Shown: piece by piece, positions 42,651-51,637 of the stretch
Numbering within the stretch: position 1 is the stretch's first letter
Layout: each line of letters starts with the position of its first letter
Notes under the pieces: model-generated
What the model was told of the DNA's origin: nothing
What the model saw: the letters and a program-made list of their open reading frames with translations, nothing else
Database searches by the model: none
Source of the DNA: Betaproteobacteria bacterium
Lineage (GTDB): Bacteria; Pseudomonadota; Gammaproteobacteria; Burkholderiales; SG8-41
Direction: 5' to 3'
Assembly (NCBI GenBank): GCA_900299145.1
Contig: OMIN01000031.1
Location: 249-64,248, forward strand
Length of the DNA: 64,000 bases
Program-made: the position numbers and the translations under genes

Positions 42651-43850
42651 ATGAGCGCCTTTCGCTACACCGCTATCGACAGCGCGGGCGCCGGGAAAAA
42701 AGGCCTACTCGACGCCGACAGCGAACGCGCGGCGCGCGCGAAGCTGCGCGAAGCCGGGCTGATTCCCCTGACGCTGGAGCCAGCGGCCAGCGCCCCCAAA
42801 ACCGCTCGAAGCCGCCAGCTTAGTCAATCACAACTTATTGATTTTACAAGACAATTTTCCAGCCTCGTGGCGGCGGGCCTGCCGCTGGAACGCGCCCTTG
42901 CCAATCTCGCCTTGGAAATGGAGCGCGGCAATTCCAAGGCGCTGCTCGAAGCGCTGCGCGCCGGCGTGGCCGGCGGGCAGCCGCTTGCAGCTACCCTCTC
43001 CGACTACCCGGAAGACTTCCCGGAGATTTACCGCGCGATGATTGCCGCAGGCGAAGCCTCCGGTAGCATGGCGGCGGTGTTGCAGCGCCTCGCCGCGTGG
43101 CTGGAAGCTCGCAAGTTGCTGCGCGCGCGGCTCACGCAGGCGTGCATCTACCCGGCCATCGTGGTCGCGGTTGCGGTTCTGGTGGTCGGCGCACTGCTTA
43201 CCTTCGTCGTACCGCAAGTGGTAGGCGTATTTGCCAGCGCGCGGCAAAAGCTGCCCCCGCTGACCGTCATGACGCTTGCGCTAAGCAATTTCCTTCGCGG
43301 ATGGTGGCTGCCGATTTCCAGCCTGCTCATCGCCGCGGCGATCAGTACCTGGTGGGCGCTACGCCAGCCGATGCTACGGCGCGGCTTTGACCAATGGCTG
43401 CTCGGCATGCCGTTGATCGGGCCGCTGGTGCGTGACACCAATGCCGCCCGCTTTGGCGCGACGCTGGGCGCGCTGGTAGGCGCTGGCGTGCCGATACTTA
43501 AGGCACTGCAAGGTGCGGCGCAAACGCTCGGCAATCGCGCCATGCGCACCGACGCCGAGCGTGCGCAAGTCGCGGTCACTCAAGGCGGCAGCGTCGCACG
43601 CGCACTCGGCGAGAGCGGCCGATTCCCGCCCTCATTGATTACGTTTATCTCGCTGGGCGAACAAACCGGACAACTGGCTGACATGGCCGAACGCGCGGCG
43701 GCGCGTCTGGCGGACAGCGTGGAACGCCGCACGCTATGGCTGGTCAGCCTGCTGGAGCCCGCGCTGATCCTTGCCATGGGCGTGATGGTGCTGCTGATCG
43801 TACTGGCGGTGCTGCTGCCGATTATTCAGTTGAATACGTTGGTGCGTTAG
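42651..43850 (+). CDS. gspF: Type II secretion platform protein GspF
   Basis: FRYTA, GLPL, GEASG, IYP, GEQTG, LLEP. Confidence 0.95.
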   Translation: MSAFRYTAIDSAGAGKKGLLDADSERAARAKLREAGLIPLTLEPAASAPKTARSRQLSQSQLIDFTRQFSSLVAAGLPLERALANLALEMERGNSKALLEALRAGVAGGQPLAATLSDYPEDFPEIYRAMIAAGEASGSMAAVLQRLAAWLEARKLLRARLTQACIYPAIVVAVAVLVVGALLTFVVPQVVGVFASARQKLPPLTVMTLALSNFLRGWWLPISSLLIAAAISTWWALRQPMLRRGFDQWLLGMPLIGPLVRDTNAARFGATLGALVGAGVPILKALQGAAQTLGNRAMRTDAERAQVAVTQGGSVARALGESGRFPPSLITFISLGEQTGQLADMAERAAARLADSVERRTLWLVSLLEPALILAMGVMVLLIVLAVLLPIIQLNTLVR

Positions 43851-43893
43851 ACGCCGCGCGGGCACGAACAATCGAAGAAACGATCTTGGCAAG

Positions 43894-44213
43894 TTACGCG
43901 GCGGCCCTTTTTAGGATATCGCGCGCCTCCGTAACACGCTTCAATTTGGCACGTAAACGCCTGATCTCGGCGTTCCGGCTCAATTCCTCAAGCTGGAACG
44001 CCGTTGAAGCAACGTAGCGCTTTAACCATGCATACCGGCTGTGGATTGTGATCCCCAGCCGCTTGGCCACTTCTGCTACTTCGTAACCCCGTTCGGTGAC
44101 CTGTTTTACCGCCTCTATCTTGAACGCCTGCGTATATCGCCTCGCGTTCATAACACCTACCATTCAGCTAATTCGTATGGCGCAAAGAAGTTTACGAAAT
44201 CGGTGGGAATTCA
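43894..44213 (-). mobile_element. IS3-family remnant (left IR + orfA, no orfB)
   Basis: OrfA-like RRYTQAFKIEAVKQV...RDILKRAAA*; IR-like TGAATTCCCACCGATTTCGTAAAC starting at 44213; expected AAAYFAK junction degraded. Confidence 0.8.
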
Positions 44214-44309
44214 CACGGCGTCCTTTACTAGAAGGGCCGGCAAGCTCACAATTTGGCTCAATGCAATGTATGGGCCTCATCCTGTTAACTCTATGTACTG
44301 AACAGTTTT

Positions 44310-44798
44310 ATGCAAAATCTACGCATACTCATCGCCCTGCTGGCGCTTTTCTTGAGCAGTGCGTACGCTCATGCGCAACCGACTGTCACGAGATCTGTCG
44401 GGCAGTCGCTGTACCTGCCCATTTACTCACATATCTGGCATGGCGATATTGACAGCAAGAGACAACCTACCAAGACACTGGTTTCCATATTGGTCAGCAT
44501 AAGAAATACTGATGCCTCAAGATCAATACGGCTTATCTCAGCCCTTTACTTCGATACTAGTGGCAAGCGAATCAAGGAATACATTACCCAGCCCATTACG
44601 ATCAATCCGATGGCAACGCACGAGATTTTTGTGCCACGCAGTGACGATACGGGTGGATCGGGCGCTAATTTCGTCGTGATCTGGCAGGCTCAGGCACCGG
44701 CTAGCCCACCACTGGTGGAGGGGGTCCATGCAAACTTACCTGCTGCGCGTTCCATCGCCTTCACTACTACGGCCAGAGTAATTCCACCAGATCAGTAA
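44310..44798 (+). CDS. DUF3124-like secreted protein
   Basis: Signal peptide; YLPIYSHI, SIRNTD, DDTGGSGANFVVIW, PLVEGV (family recognised from memory). Confidence 0.75.
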   Translation: MQNLRILIALLALFLSSAYAHAQPTVTRSVGQSLYLPIYSHIWHGDIDSKRQPTKTLVSILVSIRNTDASRSIRLISALYFDTSGKRIKEYITQPITINPMATHEIFVPRSDDTGGSGANFVVIWQAQAPASPPLVEGVHANLPAARSIAFTTTARVIPPDQ

Positions 44799-45219
44799 GG
44801 GCAATATAGCCCGTTACCTCCCCTATGCAGGGCGCAGGCAACTGCAATGCCAGATTGGCCATTCGTGCGTGGCGGCGCCACACAATAAAGTCAAAAACAA
44901 TGGTTACAAACAGGCATTGGCCGTTTGCGGTCGATTCCTGCATGCTTCGTAGCCCGGCGTTATAGTTATCAAGCCTTTACCCGAGAAACAGCTACCGATT
45001 TCCTGCACCATTGCTACTCTCCGCCCAAAGTAGGAATACCCAATACTCGCCGCTTTCAAGCATTGCGCATGTGCGTGAATGTTGACGCGGGCCTTTTCCG
45101 CGTATTATCACTGGTAAACCAAAGAGTATCGCTACTTTTTGTCACACTGCTCCAGCCAACATGCACAGCACGCAGGCGGACTGCCGCGGTACGGAATGTT
45201 GGCGGCCTCCAATCAGGAT

Positions 45220-45735
45220 ATGATCGTGACACCGGCAGAATCTGACTACCTTCTTCGCCTTGCGGCTCTATCCTTGTCGTTTGTTGGCTTTTCAGCTGTG
45301 GTAGTGACCTTGCGAGGTGCATTGGGTGGCGAGCTTTCTGATCGGCATCTTCGCCTTGTGCGCCTGTACATCGAAGGCGGTCTCCTGGTGACTGCCTTGG
45401 CCTTGGTACCTACCCTCCTAAATCTGCTCCATATCCCTGATACCATCACTTGGCTTCTGTCCAGCGCGGCCGCAGCGTCAATTTTCTCCTTCGTACTTTT
45501 GCTCCAATTCCGCCGCCGCCGTCTGGTTGAACCAGGCCCATTTCCCGTATGGGTCGTCGTCATTTACATCGTTTCGATCATCGCCGTAACGGGTCTCTGG
45601 CTAAACGTCATAGGAACTCTCTTTTCACCGAATTACGGCCCATACGCTGTTACCCTGACGTGGGCACTTTGCGTCTTTGGCTTCATTTTTGTACGGACCA
45701 TTGAGTTATTTCTGCACCGTGGGCCCCACCCCTAA
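45220..45735 (+). CDS. Hypothetical multi-pass membrane protein
   Basis: About 5 hydrophobic segments; AGGA RBS before ATG 45220. Confidence 0.65.
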   Translation: MIVTPAESDYLLRLAALSLSFVGFSAVVVTLRGALGGELSDRHLRLVRLYIEGGLLVTALALVPTLLNLLHIPDTITWLLSSAAAASIFSFVLLLQFRRRRLVEPGPFPVWVVVIYIVSIIAVTGLWLNVIGTLFSPNYGPYAVTLTWALCVFGFIFVRTIELFLHRGPHP

Positions 45736-45889
45736 GCGGGTCTTTCGCATGTGCTCCTGACATACGCGTTGTCAGCACCATCCTTCTCTACTTGCTGTCG
45801 TTAGGTGTCTCCACATGCGGCGCAATTAGCGACAGCACCTTGCATCCCCGGGCAAGCCATAAGGCAAGTAATGCAATGCATCCTGTCAC

Positions 45890-46085
45890 CGCTAAGTCAC
45901 ATCCGGCAAAAGCAGGTAGGAATAAATGCCCAAGGCCAACAAGTTTTCCTTGCAGCTATGCCGATACTTAACCCGCCATGATGTGCCCCATTTGCCTTCA
46001 TCAGCAGGTACATGCATTCACTATCAGTGGGCTTCAAAGCCGCGGATTTTGCTTCGCACCACGAACTTGAAGTCAGCCAAAGAAA
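45890..46085 (-). pseudogene. Decayed P4-like integrase N-terminal arm-binding domain
   Basis: Hand translation with one frameshift: MYLLMKANGAH-x-WRVKYRHSCKENLLALGIY, matching LYLLVKPNGSKYWRLKYR..GKEKLLALGVYP. Confidence 0.75.
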
Positions 46086-46248
46086 TTGGACGCTAGTCCC
46101 AGTGGCGGTATAAATGTACCCAAAAAAATAGTTCCACTTTTGACCGGAAGTTACAAGCCACTCCCGGATGACCGAGGGTACGAATTTAGAATTTTGATTC
46201 TAAAATCAGGGCCATAACGGACTGGAGTGAATTTCTAAAATATTAGAA

Positions 46249-46270
46249 TGGTGCCGGAACCGGCTTCGAA
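46249..46270 (-). other. att site: degenerate tRNA 3' end (T-arm + CCA), tRNA-Leu-like
   Basis: Minus strand TTCGAAGCCGGTTCCGGCACCA; no upstream tRNA body. Confidence 0.75.
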
Positions 46271-46324
46271 TTGATTCTGTAAGCTATTGAAATATATACT
46301 TATTATTAGGTTAAAACTTTAAAA

Positions 46325-46344
46325 ATACCATCACACATACCATC
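46325..46344. repeat. Putative integrase arm-type sites (ATACCATC-N4-ATACCATC)
   Basis: Direct repeat 46325-46332 and 46337-46344 about 55 bp inside the att fragment; IHF-like site between them and the core at 46280-46292. Confidence 0.65.
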
Positions 46345-46926
46345 CCCCCTCGATTGGTCGGTTCGAAGAATAAATCTATCCTTCGAACTGATCGTGAAAA
46401 ACGCAAAAATTGTTACTCGTCACATTAAGCTTGATGTCTAATTTTCGATATCGCGACATGACCTGTCAGCCACAGGGAAATTTTATGCGGCCGAACGCAA
46501 AGCGTTCAAGTGGCACCTATCGGCCACTCGTCGCTTGTTAGGGATGCTTATGAACAGGCTGCTTGTCGGACATAGCTGAATTTGAAACTGTGGCCAGCGT
46601 CGGTCGGCAATGCATCAGTTAGCTGCCTCCCAGCCCGAATACCAGCAGAACGTCAGCTCCCTGATCTGATGAATGCGCGCTCCCGCTACCTAATCCTGCC
46701 ATTCGTGGCACTTGTGCCGACGGCAGGATCGGGCTGCGAGGAATTGCACGGACATACGACCTGTAGCCAACCCCAATACCGAAAACGGTTTTCGAGGAGC
46801 CCGTAGCATTACAACGTCCCCTAGCCGATTTGCCATCCTATCCTCGCGGCTAGCTCAAGGGTTGTTTGACCGAGAATCCTCTTCCCTTAAACTTTACTCC
46901 CGCACCGTGCTAAGTACGAGCGCATA

Positions 46927-47625
46927 TTAAGTGGAGTCGCGCGGCCTGCGTGCCGCACCATGCGCCTCGTGAAGCATATGCAGGGTGATCTTGCGCACCT
47001 CGGCCTTGCTGGCAGCGATATGCGCCTTGAGCAATAGCGCGACTTCGACGGCCTTGCGCTGCATCAGGAAACGTAGGATCTTGGCGTGCTCATCGTAGGT
47101 GGCAGCGATGCGTTCGCTCTTGGTGAAGTCAAGTCGGCGGATGATGCGGATTTTTTCAGTGATGTCGCGATGGACGCGCGCCATTTCCTCGTTTCCGGTG
47201 GCTAGCACCAAGTCTTGATGGAATGCCTCGTCATACATCGATACCGTTTCGCCATCTGCGAGACGCTTGTCCTTTGGCACTAGCCATAAATTCTTGAGGG
47301 CGGAGAAATCAGGCACGTTTTGCGCGTCGCAGAGCTGCCGCACTGCGGCCAATTCGAGCACAATGCGCAGGTCGTATAGTTGCTCTAGGCGATTGAAGTC
47401 AATGGGTGGCACGTTCCAGCCGCTGCGGTAGGCGACCTTGAGGTAGCCTTCCTGCTCGAGCCGGTGAAGCGCTTGGCGGACTGGCGTGCGGCTTACTCCG
47501 AGCGCGGCAGCCAGTTCCCCCTCCGTCAGGCGGTCACCGGGTAAGATGCGAAAGTCGAAGATGTCATGCTTGATCCGCTCGTAAACGGATTCTGACAGTC
47601 GGGCAGGTGAATGAGTCGAGGTCAT
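46927..47625 (-). CDS. GntR/FadR-family transcriptional regulator
   Basis: HTH LGVSRTPVRQAL, FCD domain; ATGA overlap with upstream gene. Confidence 0.93.
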   Translation of the reverse strand: MTSTHSPARLSESVYERIKHDIFDFRILPGDRLTEGELAAALGVSRTPVRQALHRLEQEGYLKVAYRSGWNVPPIDFNRLEQLYDLRIVLELAAVRQLCDAQNVPDFSALKNLWLVPKDKRLADGETVSMYDEAFHQDLVLATGNEEMARVHRDITEKIRIIRRLDFTKSERIAATYDEHAKILRFLMQRKAVEVALLLKAHIAASKAEVRKITLHMLHEAHGAARRPRDST

Positions 47626-48008
47626 ACTGGAATTATGCTCACATGCGCAGCAACGATGTGCCAGCCTTGGGACAGGTGTACCCAAGGCTGGCTCTGGCGT
47701 CCGCATCGCCCAGCCTTGCGAACGAACTTGATATTGGCAGTGGTAAAGTTGATGCCAAACGTCGTGATTACGGTGTTTCGCGACTTTCGGGCAGGTCCTG
47801 TCAGGTTGCACGCGGTGCGGAAGGCGCGAATGGCCGCGATACCGCAAAGATGCTCGCCGTTGCCGTAGCGCAGCGAGAGTCGGCTGTGCCAAAGCAGTAC
47901 ATCGAGCACAGTAAGATCATTGCTTACCGGCGCCGCCTCATATCGGGCTAAGGTGGGTGTCACTTCGGCCATAACATCGGGAAGGTTAATCTCGCCTGCA
48001 TCGACCAT
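47622..48008 (-). CDS. AtzH/HpxZ-like protein (DUF3225), possibly degenerating
   Basis: INLPDVMAEV, RYG, AIRAFR, TVITTFG, GRQSQ, WHIVAAHVS. Confidence 0.82.
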   Translation of the reverse strand: MVDAGEINLPDVMAEVTPTLARYEAAPVSNDLTVLDVLLWHSRLSLRYGNGEHLCGIAAIRAFRTACNLTGPARKSRNTVITTFGINFTTANIKFVRKAGRCGRQSQPWVHLSQGWHIVAAHVSIIPV

Positions 48009-48016
48009 CGCACCGC

Positions 48017-49423
48017 TCAAGTTGTTGGCGTCGGCGCGACGACGGGGCGCACCGTAATGCCGGCCTTCTGCAGTGCCCACACCGCGCGCAGGCAAATGTC
48101 TTCGCGCCAAGGCGGCGCGATCAGCTGAACACCGATCGGCAGATGGCCTTCGGTGGGCCAGGTTGGCGCGACAGCGACCGGTAGGCCAATAAAGGAGATT
48201 GGTTGCGTCAACAGCCCCATGCTGGGCCGCGTCGGCAGCGAGCGGCCATTAATCACGATTAAATCCTGCCCGAGAAGCGTGGCGGTTACAGGCGTCGCCG
48301 GCGCGATCAATAGATCGATCTCTCGGAAAGCCTCCAGCACACGCCGGCGGAACAAACTTCGCATCCGCTGCGCCTGCTCCACCCACTGGGCCGGAACCAG
48401 AGCTCCGGCCAAGAGCCGTTCGCGCGAAAGCGGCTCGAAGTCTTCCGGCCGTTCGCGCAACGCCGCCATGTGCAGTGCACCGCCTTCAGACGCGGTGATA
48501 ACAAAGGCTGCGGCACGCGCTGCCGCCACTTCGGGGAGGACAACGTCGCCTAGACTGCCGAGCGCGCGTGCCGCGCGCTCGGACGCAGCACGCGCTACCG
48601 CGCTTGCCTGGTCGTCGAAGTATCCAGCCAAGCGCGCGATCCGCAGGCCGTCGAGCCCGCGTGCGAGCGATTCGGAAGTGGGTTCGATGTTGCGCTGGGC
48701 ACAGGCCGGATCACCTCTGTCGGGGCCTTGCAGCACATCGTAGGCGAGCGCGAGGTCGTCGGCCGAGGCGGCGAGCGGGCCGAGGTGGTCGAGACTATGT
48801 ACGAAGGGAAAACTTCCCGTACGTGGCAGTCGTCCATAGGTAGGTTTGAGGCCAAAGATGCCGCAGAGCGAGGCGGGGACGCGGATGGAACCGTTGGTGT
48901 CGGAACCGAGTGCAATGGGCACCAGCCCGGCGGCAACGGCCGCGCTGGAGCCGCCGGAAGAGCCACCAGCGGTCCGTGCCGAGTCATGCGGATTGCGCGT
49001 GTTCCCGTAGTGCGTGTTCTCGGTAGTGAATCCGTAGGCCAGCGCGTCCATGTTGAGCGCACCCGTGAGCAGACCGCCAGCGTTGCGCATACGCTGCACC
49101 AGCGGGGCATCTGCTGTTGCCGGTGCGTTTCTGGCCAGTAGCCGGGCGCCGGCGAGCGTGGTGATGCCCGCGATGTCAAACAGATTCTTGGCCGCATACG
49201 GCACGGCTGCCAGTCGCCCTGACCGCTCACCGCGCGCACGCGCCGCATCGAGCGCCTCTGCCTCGCGCAGCGCGCGTTCAGTCGTTATAGTCGTCCAGGC
49301 GTTGAGTTCGGGATTGCGGGCCGCGATGCGCTCCAGCGCCGCGACCGCGATCTCCCGAGCCGAGACCTCGCCGCAATCGAAGGCGGCGGCAATGCCTGTC
49401 GCAGTCTCCGGATTGGGGTTCAT
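48017..49423 (-). CDS. AtzE-family amidase (amidase-signature)
   Basis: AAKNLFD, GGSSGGS, GSDTNGSIRVP triad motifs; LPIGVQLIAPPWRED. Confidence 0.9.
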   Translation of the reverse strand: MNPNPETATGIAAAFDCGEVSAREIAVAALERIAARNPELNAWTTITTERALREAEALDAARARGERSGRLAAVPYAAKNLFDIAGITTLAGARLLARNAPATADAPLVQRMRNAGGLLTGALNMDALAYGFTTENTHYGNTRNPHDSARTAGGSSGGSSAAVAAGLVPIALGSDTNGSIRVPASLCGIFGLKPTYGRLPRTGSFPFVHSLDHLGPLAASADDLALAYDVLQGPDRGDPACAQRNIEPTSESLARGLDGLRIARLAGYFDDQASAVARAASERAARALGSLGDVVLPEVAAARAAAFVITASEGGALHMAALRERPEDFEPLSRERLLAGALVPAQWVEQAQRMRSLFRRRVLEAFREIDLLIAPATPVTATLLGQDLIVINGRSLPTRPSMGLLTQPISFIGLPVAVAPTWPTEGHLPIGVQLIAPPWREDICLRAVWALQKAGITVRPVVAPTPTT

Positions 49424-50556
49424 GGTCTGTATTGCGGCGCTGGCAGCGTGTCGCCCGGCAGTCGTGCTGCCTGGACCAGTCTTGCCATCTCGGCCACTCG
49501 ATTGAACTCACTTGTCAGTGCTGCTCGGCGCGCCGGGTCGACATGGATATTATGCATGGCCAGAGCGGCGTCGACGAAAGCCTCGCGCTCGGTTGGTCCC
49601 ACGAAATGGCAGGCAGCAGCGCGCCCGCGCGAGATTTCGCGCAGTGGCGGTGCCAAGGTATGACAACGCTCGACGCCGCGCGGACAGCGTCCGAACAGGC
49701 GGCAGCGGTGGGCGTCGGGATCGATCGGGCTTTGCGGATCACCGCCGATTAGCAGGTCGGCGTCTGTTGTCTGGCCCCCGGCCAAGCCCCCTGGCAGAGA
49801 GGCAATCAGCGCGCGGGTGTACGGGTGCAGCGGGCGCGCGAACACTTCGCGTGCCGGCCCACTTTCGACGATCTGGCCAAGGTACATCACCAGCACTCGA
49901 TCGCACAACAAACGTACCACGTTGAGATCGTGAGAGACGAAGAGGAAGCTCATCCCCATCTCGCGCTTGAGCCGGTCGAGCAGTTGCAGGATTACCGCTT
50001 GCACCGAGACGTCGAGTGCAGCGGTTGGCTCGTCGAGTACAAGCAGTCGTGGCTTGACGACAATGGCGCGGGCGATGCCGACGCGCGCCTTCTGTCCTCC
50101 TGAGAGCTGGTGCGGATAGCGGTCGAGCAGTTCGAAGGGCAGGCCGACATGCGTGGCGGTTTCCTCGACGGCGCGGTCGAGCGCCGATCCACTCATATCG
50201 GTGAGTAGTCTCGCCGACTCGGCAATAGTCTGGCGTGCCGTGTAGCGCGGGTCGAGGCTGTCAGTAGGATCCTGAAACACCATCTGGATCTCGCGCCGCA
50301 TCGGGTGGTCGGCCATGGCCCGCGCCGGAATCAGGCCGATGCCATGGCCGTGGAAGCGCACCTGGCCGTCGGTTAGATCAAGGGTGCGCGTCAGCAACCG
50401 CACCAGCGTCGATTTGCCGCAGCCGGACTCGCCGACGAGGCCGACAGTTTCGCCTGCCTCTATGTGGAAGTTGAGTCCATCGACTGCATGCAAGCGCTTC
50501 TTATCGCCGACTGGGAAGTGTTTCACGAGATCGATGGCTTCAATTAGCCGTTTCAT
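49420..50556 (-). CDS. Peptide-type ABC ATPase (DppF/OppF) fused to C-terminal AtzG/HpxX-like domain
   Basis: GESGCGKST, LSGGQ, LDEPT, HPYT, AACHF, then in frame EAFVDAALAMHNIHVDPARR...FNRVAEMARLV...LPAPQYRP. Confidence 0.85.
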   Translation of the reverse strand: MKRLIEAIDLVKHFPVGDKKRLHAVDGLNFHIEAGETVGLVGESGCGKSTLVRLLTRTLDLTDGQVRFHGHGIGLIPARAMADHPMRREIQMVFQDPTDSLDPRYTARQTIAESARLLTDMSGSALDRAVEETATHVGLPFELLDRYPHQLSGGQKARVGIARAIVVKPRLLVLDEPTAALDVSVQAVILQLLDRLKREMGMSFLFVSHDLNVVRLLCDRVLVMYLGQIVESGPAREVFARPLHPYTRALIASLPGGLAGGQTTDADLLIGGDPQSPIDPDAHRCRLFGRCPRGVERCHTLAPPLREISRGRAAACHFVGPTEREAFVDAALAMHNIHVDPARRAALTSEFNRVAEMARLVQAARLPGDTLPAPQYRP

Positions 50557-50663
50557 GACGTCTTCACCCCGACCTCCATGCAAGCAAGAGAAAGCCAGCG
50601 TGCTCGCTGCGTTCGAAGCTGTTGGCTGGCACGGCATTGATACGGCCTGAACGCGTGGCTCAT
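50553..50663 (-). CDS. Putative 36-aa ORF coupled at both ends by ATGA overlaps
   Basis: [36 protein letters not shown]; no recognisable homology. Confidence 0.3.
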   Translation of the reverse strand: MSHAFRPYQCRASQQLRTQRARWLSLACMEVGVKTS

Positions 50664-51637
50664 GCGCTTTTTCCCATACGCGGGTTGTGGCAGGCGACCA
50701 AATGATTGCCGGCGATGGCGATCTCCGGCAGCGCAGAGGCGCATGCTTCGGAGCGCTGCTCGCAGCGTTCCGAGAAGCGGCAGGGAGGCAGGTCGTTGCG
50801 GCGCAAGTCCGGTAGATTGCCGGGGATCGCGGCGAGATTTTCGAGCTGCTCTTGCCCAACCGGCGTCGCGAGCACCAGTTGGGCGGTGTAGGGGTGTGCA
50901 GACGATTTGAACAGGGATTCGGTTGGACCAATCTCCACGACATGGCCAGCATGCATCACCGCGATTCGGTCGCAGAACTCGCGGGCGAGGCCGAGGTCGT
51001 GAGTGATCAACAGCGTCGCCATCCCCTTTTCACGGCCTAGGTCGCGTATCAGCCGCATGATCGCCGCCTGCGTGGTGACGTCGAGTCCGGTTGTGGGCTC
51101 ATCGGCGATCAGCAACCTCGGCTGGCAAGCCAATGCGATGGCGATCATCACACGCTGGCACATGCCGCCGGAGAGCTCGAAGGGATAGGCGGAGTAGCGA
51201 CGTTCCGGATCGGGGATGCGCACTTCAGAGAGACACTCTATTGCGCGTTCCCGTGCCTTACTGCCGCGAAGATCAGTGTGCCGTAGCAGTACATCCTCGA
51301 TCTGGCGGCCGACTTGTCGAATCGGATTGAGTGCAACACGCGGGTTCTGGAAGATCATCGCCAGTTCGCGTCCACGAATGTTTTTCATCGCAGCACCGTT
51401 ATCAGCCAGCAGATCCTGGCCAGCGAAGCGGATGTCGCCTCCCGTTACGCGCGCTGCGGCGTCAAGGATGCCAAGCACCGCGAACGAGAGCACCGACTTG
51501 CCCGAGCCACTCTCGCCCACCAAACCGAGCGAGCCTCCCTCTAGCAATTCGAGGCTAACGTTCTCCAGCGCGCGCACCGTGCCGCCGCGGGTGCGGAATT
51601 CGAGCGAAAACTTGTGGATTTCGAGCAGGGAGTTCAC
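50660..51637 (-). CDS. Peptide-type ABC ATPase (DppD/OppD)
   Basis: [26 protein letters not shown]; GTG start overlapping permease stop. Confidence 0.92.
   Translation of the reverse strand: MNSLLEIHKFSLEFRTRGGTVRALENVSLELLEGGSLGLVGESGSGKSVLSFAVLGILDAAARVTGGDIRFAGQDLLADNGAAMKNIRGRELAMIFQNPRVALNPIRQVGRQIEDVLLRHTDLRGSKARERAIECLSEVRIPDPERRYSAYPFELSGGMCQRVMIAIALACQPRLLIADEPTTGLDVTTQAAIMRLIRDLGREKGMATLLITHDLGLAREFCDRIAVMHAGHVVEIGPTESLFKSSAHPYTAQLVLATPVGQEQLENLAAIPGNLPDLRRNDLPPCRFSERCEQRSEACASALPEIAIAGNHLVACHNPRMGKSA

Noticed and set aside
44800-45219. Short ORFs in AT-rich spacer
   Set aside because: No motifs or coding-like composition
46200-46300. Possible full tRNA gene
   Set aside because: Only the T-arm and CCA end are present; upstream is AT-rich and cannot fold a cloverleaf
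46345-46926. Short ORFs and a GTTCGAAG/CTTCGAAC hairpin at the island end
   Set aside because: No recognisable homology, RBS or RNA family; cannot support a call
49420-50952. 510-aa version of the DppF-AtzG ORF
   Set aside because: Residues upstream of ATG 50556 overlap dppD in another frame and lack homology
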